Program-made: the position numbers and the translations under genes
Source of the DNA: Octopus vulgaris
Taxonomy: Eukaryota
Assembly: GCA_951406725.2 (NCBI GenBank)
Contig: OX597817.1
Location: 6,758,001 to 6,822,000 of the forward strand
Length of the DNA stretch: 64,000 nucleotides
Reading direction: 5' to 3'
Part shown: one piece after another, positions 13,106-25,019 of the stretch
Layout of the letters: each line of letters starts with the position of its first letter
How positions within the stretch are numbered: position 1 is the stretch's first letter
The notes under the pieces: model-generated
What the model was told of the DNA's origin: nothing
The model's database searches: none
Seen by the model: only the letters and a program-made list of their open reading frames with translations

Positions 13106-15525
13106 AATTTGAAATAAATGCTAACGGAAAGTGTTGTTTTAGGTGTTATCGCCCCTGCTATTCCATCTTCTATAATCATTTCGAGAGATTTCACTGATTA
13201 ATGAGAGAGTGAATAATAAAGAGAGAACATGAACTGTTAATCCTTCGAATAGGAAGAAACGGTATTATTCATTCGGTCATAACGGTTACTCATACAATTG
13301 CAAATATGTTAATGTAACGTATTTGTATTACATAAAGGGAATGCTTTTATAATCCACTGGAGAAATATTGTAAACGTTTGTAATGCATTGTACATCATTC
13401 AGGTGTTGTAAATATATTTGAACCACTGTCAATCACCGAAAATTATTAAGTGCCTATACAGTATTATGCAGTAGTTAAATATAATGGCATATACTGCATT
13501 CAAATTCAGCAAAACATTTTGTACCATTTGTAAATATTAATATCATTGTAAACTATTTTCCGATCGTCGGAATTTAATATTAATCGCAGAGAGATGTTTC
13601 AACCGTCACTAAATAACTCTGGAAGTACTTTAAATACAGTATTACAGGAAATTCCTTCCTTTGAAGTATCAGATACAATGACTGTTCAATGTAGTTCATG
13701 TGTCAATGCGTTACAAATACAAAGTTATTTGCCGTCTCACATATAATTATTCACCACATTCAATTTGTTAATGTAACGGTAAAATCAACTGGATCATTTC
13801 TAGTATATTAATAGGTCATGGATTGAGGCCAAATAATTTGTCCCAGGAGTTATTTCCTTTGAAGCAATGATATATAAACATCGAAAAGATACAGCATCAT
13901 ACGGTGAAAGCATGGAACTTTAGCTATTTCCAAATATCAACCCTTATATTATTTTCCATGTAATGGTACATTTACAATGATGACCAAGTTAATTCTGTTT
14001 TATGGGTAGTGGACATGGTTAGTATGGTAGCAATGATTTCAACTAGATAAAGTTTCAGTAAACAACTGCATTCTATTTGTAGTAGTAACAAAGTGTTTAT
14101 CGTTTGTGTGTCTTTCTCCGAAGGGAAGTTGTCATGTTTATGCATTAGCTAACGGAAATATTCTTAAAGGTCAAGTGCCTTTAAAAAGGTGAACTCTTTT
14201 TAGCCCTGCTTCAAGACAGATCTTGTAGATATGCGAGCAAAGGCATTCAAGCCATAAACGTACAGCTTGTTAATTGTTTATATCAGTGCGTATATACTTT
14301 CATTTATAAAGACAATGAGCTCCATTTTGGGGAAAATGTGAGTGCTATTTTTAGAAGACGGGGAAACCACACGGTTACTCTCTGCGACACACTTGATCTT
14401 TATAATAAGGTTAGGTAACTTTTAATTAATTAACTTAGATATTAGCTCGTTAATATGTCTGCAAATTTTTAAATGCAGAGTTGTAAACTGTGTCTCTGTT
14501 TCATAATATAAATAGCAATAGAGCATGATAAATAAAAGATGCCAATCTTGCTTTGTTTATATCGTCTAGTTGTTCACTGCACAGTACAATAATTTTAAAA
14601 CAACAATTTCATTTAATGGTCACAAAACAGAAAAAAAAAGATGAAAGTGATGAAATAAGACAAAATTTTACAGTAAATTTTGATTGAGAAACGAATGTTG
14701 TTTCTGAAAGGCATAGACAATTATTTTATTTTGAGGTGCGTAAAATTGTTTTTCTCTTCTTCAAGTGTCCGATAACTCACTCATAAGGTGACGACATTTT
14801 GTTTCAGTGTATAAAGTGTTAAAGAGAATTAAAGAACTAAACAAAATTCAAGTGCAAATATTCATTTTTATTTACCACATACTCAGTTCTGTGTTCGTGC
14901 TAGTGTGCATGTAAATTCTTATTCGTCTGGTAAACAAACTGTAAAGTTTAGCATGCATTTACATGACATTAAAACACTATAGCAACATTATACATTTTTG
15001 AAACATCAGAGGAATAGAATAGATGTTTACTTCGGAGAAAATATGAATTAAAATGTTTTAGACAGAATCTTTCGCGTGTGGCTAAAAAACAAAGTTTTGT
15101 GATTGGATATTGTTATTGTTTCGCATTGATTTGATTTGGATAAAAAGAATTGAGGAGAAATGGATTCTAGATGTGATTATCCATACATTTTGTGTTTTCC
15201 AGGACAATATTACTCACTGTGTCATTCTTATTTTTAACAATGTAAGATGTGACGTATACGAAATTTGGTTAAATTTTTTTAGTGCATTTAACCATTTGTC
15301 AACGAATCCATATCAAATTCATTCCGCAGGAACATATAGATACAACATACAGACCGTGGTCTTCTTAGTGTAAAATACTGGAGGCTCAATAAAAGATATT
15401 GATTGCTAAAGAAACATGTAAGGGAATAGTAACATGTAAGGGAATAGTAGATAAGTACTAGTACTGTTTTTTTCCACCTTCAGTCATTTTCTTATCGTTC
15501 TATTGCTCAAACACGCTTATGATGT

Positions 15526-16630
15526 ATAGAAGATGGTATCCAAAAGTTACCAGACTGGTTCTGTAGCATAACACTGTTCCGTGCGTAATCAGAGCTAGCA
15601 GTGACCTTCACGAAGCAGTGTGTCAAGTGAATAGTGAGGGTGGATAAGCGGGGTCATGTTACTTTTGGTCAAAGACTATCTCACATTCGAGGCGGTGTGC
15701 GCAGGCGCATTGTCGTGATGAATCCACCCCTCTCCACTTTGTCACATGTCGTGGTGCTTTCGTCTCAGTGCGTCTCGCGAACGCTTCAGAGCATTTTTAC
15801 CAGGAGCAATAAATTCTATGGGGACAATTCCTTTTGGATCAATGAAACAAATCAGCATCGTCTTGATGTAGTACGTCTCTTTACGCACCTTCTGGGGGCG
15901 TACTGACTTTAAATGCTTTCATTGACTTGATTGCTGCTTCGTTTCCGGGTAGTAGCTGTAGCACAATCTTTCGTCATCTGTGATGACCTTCGAAAAAAGG
16001 TCCAGATCAACTTCCAACTATTCTTTCGGTTCACGACATGAATTCATTCGTAACTGCTCTTCATCTTCTGTGAGCAAGTGAGGCACAAATTTTGTGGAAA
16101 CTTCTTTCATTCGCAATTCCTCTATCAAAAATCGACGCGAGGAGCTCCAGGACACACTAATTATATGAACAAGTTCGTTAATTGTTCGGCGACAGTCCTC
16201 CAAAATCAGTTCAGAAAATTTCTCGATAGTTTCATACGTTCGAGAGGTCGACAATCGTCCTGAACAAGATTAGTCTTCAAGCGAAAAGTGGCCGTATCTA
16301 AAGCGTGGGAATCACTTATTAACTTGTGTTTTCCTCATGGCAGTGTCGTTATAAGCTGTTTGAAGCATGTCAACTGTTTCAGCCACCGTTTCGCCCATCA
16401 GAAAATATAATTTCACGGACGCACGCAGTACTTTTGTTTCAGCGATCGCAAAATTCGACGAGTTGGGGAGAAGCATTGGAAAATAAAGACGAACCATTTA
16501 GCAGTACGAATTTACCTGAGACCCCGGTCGACCTGAGGGACGTAGCAAGTCGACTCTTACGGAGGAAACCCAAACTAAAATGGGCTTGTCCCAGAGAACA
16601 TTTTCGGTTACATTTGGGTGTCGCTATGTA
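15526..16630 (-). mobile_element. Decayed Tc1/mariner (mariner-type) transposon
   Basis: Minus frames give ASVKLYFLMGETVAETVDMLQTAY...(HTH), STSRTYETIEKFSELILEDCRRTINEL, KFVPHLLT (WVPHEL-like) and VITDDE..CYSYYPETKQQSSQ. It has many stops and degenerate TIRs. Confidence 0.85.
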
Positions 16631-16805
16631 TATGTAAAACAGGTTTTTCCATGGTTTCCCTTAACGAAAATTCCTCTGATCCATGAATTGTCAACACGAA
16701 CAAACATCAGATGTCCCTTGCCCAAGTGGTTTTTTTTTGAAACCGTCCTACATAAAATTAGATGGTTGTGAAGCGAGATAATAATGTACGGGACTATACG
16801 CCTGT

Positions 16806-16807
<2 letters not shown>

Positions 16808-16868
<61 letters not shown>
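16808..16868. repeat. (TA)n microsatellite at the PLE junction
   Basis: Directly visible. Confidence 0.97.
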
Positions 16869-16872
<4 letters not shown>

Positions 16873-16881
16873 TATAGAAGG

Positions 16882-16932
16882 AGCTTCTACAGGACTAACA
16901 CTGTTTCATTTAGATGAAATCTTCAGGAAGCT
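16882..16932 (-). ncRNA. Type I hammerhead ribozyme motif (pLTR copy 1)
   Basis: Minus strand AGCUUC-CUGAAGA-uuucaucuaaau-GAAACAG-uguuaguc-CUGUA^GAAGCU. It has a 6-bp stem I, an intact core, a 4-bp stem III and a GUA cleavage triplet. Stem II is weak. Confidence 0.65.
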
Positions 16933-17424
16933 GGCTGTCAAAATAAGTTCTGGTATTTATGCCTTTAGGCAGATTTAATGGAGTGGTGATGGGGGACGTT
17001 TTTTGGGTAGATTGGTATTTAGGAGATAAACAGGGCACAAGCTATTGTTCTTAGGGGAGTGGTCAAAAGGCCAGAGTGTTTTTGAAATGAGAAGAATCAG
17101 TGAGAAAATAAATAAATGAATAAATAGAATAAATGAATAGAAACAGATATATGGGATGGGATTTTAGGTAAGTTAGAAGACAATTGCTATTTGGTGGTCA
17201 AGGAGAGGTAGGCAGTTTGTTATTGTTAGGTGGAGGCAATAAATAGATAAATATACATGAAAAAATATTTAAAAAATATATATATATAAAATAAATATAC
17301 ATACATAGACACATACATACACAAGCGAATATACATATGTATACATACATACGCACATATATATGCATACATACACACACATACATATATATATATATAT
17401 ACATACAGACACATACATACATAT

Positions 17425-17473
<49 letters not shown>

Positions 17474-18363
17474 TATACATACACCTACATACACACACAC
17501 ACGCACATATATATATATACATATATATATACATATATATACACATACAAATACACATAAGTATACATATATAAATATACCCATGTACATATAAACATAT
17601 ACATAATTATGCATATATAAACACATACATAAATATACACATGTACACACAAACACACAAATAAATATATACACGCTTATAAACACATGTGCACATAAAA
17701 AGACATATGTGTATATAAATGTATATACGCATATATAAGCATATATACGCATATAGATACATATATGCATATATAAATACACACATGCATACACATACAT
17801 ACACACATATACATACATGCACATACATACACATACATACACGTACATACACATACACATCTTCACATATACACATATATATAACCATACATAAATCTAC
17901 ATGTCCATATATATATATATACATACATCCATACACAAATATGCATGCATACACACATACATTCATATACAAATACACATGCATATATAAATACACATAC
18001 GCATACATAAATATATACATGCATATACACATACACATACACACACACACATATATATATATACATAAATACATGCATGCATACATATATACACATATAC
18101 ATACATACATACACACACATATATGCATATATATATATATATACATACGTAAACACAACATATGCATATACATACATATAAATATATACACATATACATA
18201 TATACATATATGTGCATATATACATATGTATGTATATATATGTATATATATATGTATATAGGTAATTGGGTGTGATGAAGGAAGGGTGGTGTGATGGGGG
18301 CGAGATGGGTGTGGTCTGTCGTCAATCGGGTTGCCGGGTGGGTCTGTAATTTTTGTAGTTTGC

Positions 18364-19360
18364 TTAGATTTTGTGCATACAGTTTGGGGAGTGTTCCGAG
18401 ATCTTGTTGAGGAAAGGGCCTTTGGCGAATAAGATCTCCAAGCTCTCAGAAATGCAGAGGTCACAGCAAGTATGGCCTCCCGTGTAAGAACGCGCTCTCT
18501 GGAGTAGTCTCCACTTGATCTTGAAGGGGATGGAGTTCCTTTTAAGGTGCCAGATATGGGCGGCGAGAGTAGTCTGGTTAGATTTGTCAGGTCCCCGGAA
18601 CGAATGTGTGTGGGCGTACCAGCGAGTCTTAAAACTATTTGAGGTCATTCCGATGTACGATTTTCTTTTAGCATCGGGGCCAGATCGTACATCGCATATG
18701 TAGACGAGATCTTTCTGTAGGCAGTTGTTGTTGAGGGGGCAAGTAGTCTTATCAGGGCAGTTGTAATTGCAGTTGCTGTCGGATGCTGGATGAGCTTCGG
18801 AAAAAGTAGATTTATTAAGTTTTTTGACGTTATTGTTGGCTAGGTTCCTAGCTAGATTGGGTGTGGTGGAGTAGGAGAGTCTAATGGTGTTCTTATTAAG
18901 GATTGTACAGTACTTATGTTGGGTGGGGAAGTGTTTTTGTAAGAGAGTGAAGAAAATTTTAGCTACAGGTGTTGAAACTTCACGGTTGAAGGGGTGGGGG
19001 GTTGTACCAGCTAATGTGTCTTCGCCTATTATTCTTGGGTGGGCGTGGGGCTATGCTAATGTAGGTGATCTTATCTCTAAAGCCACTGCGGGCCAGGGCC
19101 TCGTTGTAATAGGGGGCTGCGGCATTAAAGATATCTTCGGTGGCAGAGAGGCTAGATATCCTAATGGAGACACTTTTCATTAGGTTGTCTAATATATTTT
19201 TGGGGTGGTTAGAATTAATGTCTATGTATCTAAGTGATTCATTAGGTTTATGGTACGGGTAATAAAGGGAGGTTTTCTAAATCGAGGGTAACGTCAAGGA
19301 AGTTAGCTTTGGTTAAGTTCGAATCTAAGGTAAACGTAAGGCCTAAGTTTTTAAAAAAAG
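18364..19360 (-). pseudogene. Penelope-like RT C-terminus plus GIY-YIG endonuclease (frameshifted fragment)
   Basis: NFLDVTL, PYHKPNESLRYIDINSNHP, SIRISSLSATEDIFNAAAPYYNEAL, ISWYNPP, CNYNCPDKTTCPLNNNCL, SYIGMTSNSFKTRWYAHTHSF and CDLCISESLEI. Confidence 0.9.
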
Positions 19361-19957
19361 TGAAAATATATATATGCATATATATGTGTGTATGTATGTA
19401 TGTATATGTGTATATATGTATGTATGCATGTATGTATTTATGTGTATATATATATATATGTGTGTGTATGTGTATGTATGTGTATATGCATGTATATATT
19501 TATGTATGCGCATGTGTATCTATATATGCATATGTATTTGTATATGAATGTATGTGTGTATGCATGTATATTTGTGTATGTATGTATATATATATATGGA
19601 CATGTAGATTTATGTATGGTTATATATATGTGTATATGTGAAGATGTGTATGTGTATGTACGTGTATGTCTGTGTATGTATGTGCATGTATGTATATGTG
19701 TGTATGTATGTATATGCATGTGTGTATTTATATATGCATATATGTATCTATATGCGTATATATGCTTATATATGCGTATATATATTTATATACACATATG
19801 TCTTTATATGTGCACATGTGTTTATATAAGCGTGTATATATTTATTTGTGTGTTTGTGTGTACATGTGTATATTTATGCATGTGTTTATATATGCATAAT
19901 TATGTATATGTTTATATGTACATGGGTATATTTATGTATGTATACTTATGTGTATTT

Positions 19958-19991
<34 letters not shown>

Positions 19992-20024
19992 GTGCGTATG
20001 TGTGTGTATGTAGGCGTATGTATG

Positions 20025-20071
<47 letters not shown>

Positions 20072-20536
20072 GTATGTATGTGTGTCTGTATGTATATATA
20101 TGTATGTGTCTATATGTATGTATATATATGTGCGTATGTATGTATACATATGTATATTCGCTTGTGTATGTATGTGTGTTTGTATGTATATTTATTATTT
20201 TTTTAATGTTTTTTCATGTATATTTATCTATTTATTCCCTCCACCTAACAATAACAAACTGCCTACCTCTTCTTGACCACCTAAAAGCAATTGTCTTCTA
20301 ATTTACCTAAAATCCCATCCCATACGTCTGTTTCTATTCATTTATTCTATTTATTCATTTATTTATTTTCTCACTGATTCTTCTCATTTCAAAAACACTC
20401 TGGCCTTTTGACCACTCCCCTAAGAACAATAGCTTGTGCCCTGTTTATCTCCTAAATACCAACCTAACCACGTCCCCAATCCCCACTCCATTAAATCTGC
20501 CTAAAGGCATAAATACCAGAACTTATTTTGACAGCC

Positions 20537-20587
20537 AACTTCCTGAAGATTTCATCTGAATGAAACAGTTCTAGTCCTGTAGAAGCT
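20537..20587 (+). ncRNA. Type I hammerhead ribozyme motif (pLTR copy 2)
   Basis: aacuuc-CUGAAGA-uUUCAucUGAAu-GAAACAG-uucuaguc-CUGUA^gaagcu. There is one mismatch in stem I. Confidence 0.7.
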
Positions 20588-20821
20588 CCTTCTATAAAAT
20601 AAATTACGTTACTCTGCTATGTATTGAGTACCTTATTTACTGTGGTTAACCCCGACTCAACCCGGGACCTACACACACACACATATATATATATCATATA
20701 CGTAATTTTTTCTTCCTTCAGTCTCCATATGAGATCTTCTATTCTTCAAATCTTCAATTTTATGCATATATCTATATATATATAAAATATAAATGTGTGT
20801 GTGTGTGTGTGTTTGCGTATG

Positions 20822-20893
<72 letters not shown>

Positions 20894-20897
<4 letters not shown>

Positions 20898-21041
20898 GTC
20901 CCGGGTTGAGTCGGGGTTAACCACAGTAAATAAAGTACTCAATACATAGCAGAGTAAAGTAATTTATTTTATAGAAGGAGCTTCTACAGGACTAGAACTG
21001 TTTCATTCAGATGAAATCTTCAGGAAGCTGGCTGTCAAAAT
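20894..21041 (-). mobile_element. Short third copy of the PLE pseudo-LTR end (hammerhead plus tail), inverted relative to 20525-20672
   Basis: gtaggtcccgggttgagtcggggttaaccacag...ggctgtcaaaat is the reverse complement of 20525-20672. Confidence 0.9.
20979..21029 (-). ncRNA. Type I hammerhead ribozyme motif (pLTR copy 3, best preserved)
   Basis: AGCUUC-CUGAAGA-uUUCAucUGAAu-GAAACAG-uucuaguc-CUGUA^GAAGCU. Confidence 0.75.
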
Positions 21042-21082
21042 ATATAAAATCAAAATAAGCAACAAGAATATATTCGGTAATT

Positions 21083-21166
21083 TGGTACGATCGTTTCACG
21101 CTACAACATTTTATTAAACATTGTAAGTATTACAACAGTTTCAAAATGTTGAGCAATCATCAGCCA
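21083..21166 (-). ncRNA. Second-family type I hammerhead with long stem II and palindromic GAUC loop III
   Basis: UGG-CUGAUGA-uUGCUCAACAUUUU...AAAAUGUUGuAGCGu-GAAAC-GAUC-GUA^CCA. Confidence 0.65.
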
Positions 21167-21176
21167 TTTATAGAGG

Positions 21177-21177
<1 letters not shown>

Positions 21178-21262
<85 letters not shown>
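21178..21262. repeat. (TA)n microsatellite
   Basis: Directly visible. Confidence 0.97.
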
Positions 21263-21266
<4 letters not shown>

Positions 21267-21984
21267 TATATTGATATGAAGAGTATATTGATATGGATAT
21301 TGAGATAGATATAGAGATGGATATAGAGATAGATATAGATATAGATATATAGGAAAATGTGTTGTTGAAAATGCACTTAGATTTCAAAAGCTCGGAAATG
21401 TTTAAAATACATTTATTTACATACAAACCAAACTAGTTTTAACAATATTTTTTGTCTATCAATGGTAAAAGTGTAAAATTAGAAAAAACAGCGTTTTCCT
21501 GCGTGCAAACACCACTCTCTATTTTGCTATATATATATATAAACGTGCGTGTCTGAATTTGTGTGCCTGTGTGTGTATATGTGTGTGTGTGTATGTATGC
21601 GTGTGTGTGTCTTTATAGACATGTGATGGAGAAGGTGCATATATGTATTAGTAAGCATTTGTGAAGTGGTACACGTATGAAAACAAAATAACTGCTAATA
21701 CAGTCACTATCATAACATCTATAAAATCATCATCCGAGACACAGATAACAGAAATACCATTTGAATACTATTAACTTTCTCTATAGAGCCGAAATATTAG
21801 CAGTCTTATATATGAAACAGGAAACCGGTATTCGGAAGCATGAAATTAATATGAATGTTTACAAACAATGTATTCACCAAAAATACTTAACGATTCATGA
21901 TATTATTGTACTCAAACAGAACTTCACCTCTCCACACCAACAAAAGTAAATTCTCAGTATTTATAAAATTACAAAATACCACAA

Positions 21985-22226
21985 CATTGGTTTTCAAGCG
22001 GTGATGATGGGTGGTGGGATAACAAACAGACACAAAAGCAAGCACGCATAGATATATACGTATATATAGGACGGGCTTCTTTCAGATTCCTTCCATCAAG
22101 TCTACTCATAAGGTTTTGGTCGCCCCGAGGATATAGTTGATGATACTTGCCTAAGGTGCCACGCAGTGAGACTGAACCTGAAGCCATGTGGATGGGAAGC
22201 AAGCTTCGTACCACACAGCCACGCCA
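21985..22226 (-). mobile_element. tRNA-derived SINE family C (diverged)
   Basis: Reverse complement of ggcgtggctgtgtggt...ggttcagtc.cactgcgtggcacctt.ggcaagt. Confidence 0.75.
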
Positions 22227-22381
22227 CATATATATATATGTATTTATATATATATATATATGTATATGTATGTATGTATGCATATATATATGTACACATA
22301 TACATGTATGGACATACACACACACACCCACGCACACACACACACACAAATATATATAGGCAATTATTAGTAATACAGTTA

Positions 22382-22754
22382 TACTCTTTTGTTTTTTACT
22401 CATTTTGCTTGTTTCAGTCACTCGATCAAATCGACCCCAGGACTTATTCTTTGTAAGCCTTGTACCTATTCTATCAGTATCTTTTGCCGAACTGTTAAGT
22501 TACGGGGACGTAAACCGACCCTCATCGGTTGTCAAGTGATGTTGGGCGGGGGGGGGGGACAAACACAGACACACAAACATATGCACACACATTCATATAT
22601 ATTTACATATATACGACGGGCTTCTTTCAGTTTCCGTCTACCAAATCCCCTCACAAGGCTTTGGTCGGCCCGAGGCTATAGTAGAAGACACTTGCCCAAG
22701 GTGCCACGCAGTGGAACTGAACCCGGACCCATATCGTTAGTAAGCAAGCTACTT
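22382..22754 (-). mobile_element. SINE family C body, with its head displaced to 25020-25050 by an insertion
   Basis: Matches the 29650/51869 copies up to gtaagcaagctactt. The rest of the head (ttacatagccactcc) resumes at 25036. Confidence 0.8.
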
Positions 22755-25019
22755 TATTTCAAAAAGTTTCTCATACAGTGTAGCTTGCAGGCTAGAGAAA
22801 AACATTGATGAGGTGAATGATGATAAGGATGATATTAATGGGAGAAGACAAAACACGCCCCCCGATTTTCTCCTTCTCTAAAACATTATTCTCTCCTTTA
22901 TTTCCACAGAAAATCACAAAACGAGGCAATGAACCTCTTACTTCAGCTTTACAAATTTTTGGACTAATAATCTTTTAAGAATTGGGGAGTTATGCCTCTT
23001 AAACATAATAACATGCAATATACATTAAACATTGTAACACTGAGGCTTTTCAACCTCTTGTCATTACTCCTCCCCGTCATCGCTTGTGCCCGTATACTCT
23101 ACAATTCCTCACGCCTCATTCAAGACTAACGCGGGATCCAAGCCGGCGTTGCCCGGCCACAAGCAATATTCCTCATTGAGTTCCCGCAGCTTACACCCCA
23201 CAGGAAACGTTATGACTTCCACAGCTATCTGCGGAGGCCATTCGGGATCCTGTGTGAAGGCTAAAGGTACTCCCTCATGGTGCTCTTCCACCAACTCTTC
23301 TACCTATTCGCCTCTGTAGAAGAGGACTAATAGTTCCGCTTCATCTGGGTTCGAGGTAGTCAATTTTACCGTTGGCGGCACAGTTCCCCCAACGGTGTCT
23401 CTTCCCCTGCCGGTGACACAACCCCTACCGGCAAGGTTCCGGGATCTTCCGGTGCTATGCCACCGACTGCCGGCAATGTCTTGTTTCTCCTCCTTTTCCT
23501 CCTTTTTCCTTCTCAACTGAAGGAGGGTGCGTTTCCTCCGTGACCGGGAGATTCATTTCCCCTTCCTCATCCCCAGGATCATTCGGTGAGCACCCATTGT
23601 TGCCCACCTTCTTCCTCTTTCGGCTCTTCCCTGAGGAGTACTCCGTCTCCTCAGCCGCCTTCGTGCTCTCTTTTACTGAGGTCTTAATTGACTGCTCCAG
23701 TACTCCGCTTTCCTCCCGTGGACAGTTCTTTATTTGGCCAGGCTCCAGGCCCCGATGACACCTGAGGAGGAGGGCGACCCTCAACAATCACCGGGTACCT
23801 GCACCCAGCCATTTTCAAAAAATCTGACATAACGAGATTCATGGCTAATTGGGTCCACAGGGTCAAAACAGCTTTTGACCCGACCCAATCAGCCGCAAGA
23901 AGAATTTTCACATTGAGGAGTCTGGTTCTACTGTCACCCAGACCCCGACGGATAGTATCTCTATCCACTGGGGTTCAATTCCGGGTGGCAAAACACAAAC
24001 TCAGGCCCTCGTCAATTTTTTCCCACACTAAGTGGGAAGAAACAGAATTTCTTTATCCTCAACGGCCTGACTCGCAAAATTGCGAGCCTCCTCTGGGGTG
24101 TCAAACAGGAACCTCACCGTTGCATGTTTGACTCCCCTAGAGATATACTTAATGTTTGTCAGATGTTCTGCCAACTCCTGCTCAATCATCTGCTTGGAGA
24201 AGACGGCAATGATGTCGAGAACCTTCGAATACATTCTCAACACCACCGTCCTCTCCTCTTGCTATCTGAGTTACTCCTTAGGTGGGACAATCTCCCACTC
24301 TACAATATTATCCGTATTTTCTTTTTGCTATGTCCAAAATAATAGTTCACAGAAAAGGAAAGGGAGAATTCAAAAGAAAAAAAGCGAAGAAGAAAGAAAA
24401 AAAAGCAAACAGTTCAATACAAAGTCACAATAGAGGAAGAAAAGAATAGTTTAAAAAAAGCACAGCAAAACATCTTCTGGAAATTCATGTACCTCACGTC
24501 CTTATGGTGCTCCAATTAGAACCTGGACTGCTCCACTTGAATACAGCTTTCCAGCGTAGTTGTAAAATACACACTATTTACAAACAGCGAACGACTTCTG
24601 GTGGCAGTAAACGTCACCAGACTATATTTCTCACAATGAGAAAACATTTTCACTTCATGTGAACACTTGAAATACAGTTCTCCAATAATAGCAAATGTTG
24701 CAAGAACATACACTGTTAAAAAAGTGAACAATTTTTGGCTTGAAGGATACGCCCACCAGACAATGAGAAAAAAATTTCATTTACTATGGACTCATGTTGC
24801 TGAACCGCAAGCAGACCAACATCCTGAATCCAGTGAGGATTCCTTGTTTGTAAAAGCACAGACAACGACCTTCCCTGGGTCCAAGAGAAAAGTCTTAGCT
24901 AACAGCAGCTTCTTTTGGCAGGTTAAACACTGCCGGCTATCTCCTTCCGAGCACAACACACTGACAACAAAGCCTCATGGGAAGTCTTAGATACTCATGT
25001 GAAGTAAGCAGGCTACTTG
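22755..25019 (-). mobile_element. ORF1-only (non-autonomous) L1/Tx1-like retroelement with a 15-bp target-site duplication
   Basis: The disrupted ORF1 at ~24250-23100 includes VIVEGRPPP followed by a decayed CCHC knuckle (CHRGLEPGQIKNCP) and a K/E-rich tail. There is no ORF2. Flanks are gtaagcaagctactt (22740-22754) and gtaagcaagttactt (25020-25034). Confidence 0.65.

Larger units (their letters stand above)
16869..20672 (-). mobile_element. Penelope-like retroelement, 5'-truncated, with inverted pseudo-LTRs (arm 16869-~18140, inverted arm ~19365-20597, extra tail to 20672)
   Basis: The arms are reverse complements, e.g. 17021-17170 vs 20290-20460. They enclose a PLE RT-thumb / GIY-YIG coding fragment. 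Confidence 0.9.

Noticed and set aside
13200-14150. Cys-rich or LRR-like pseudogene on the minus strand
   Set aside because: Only scattered short motifs occur among many stops, with no consistent frame or recognisable family.
15413-15449. 18-bp direct duplication (aacatgtaagggaatagt x2)
   Set aside because: Simple local slippage with no associated structure.
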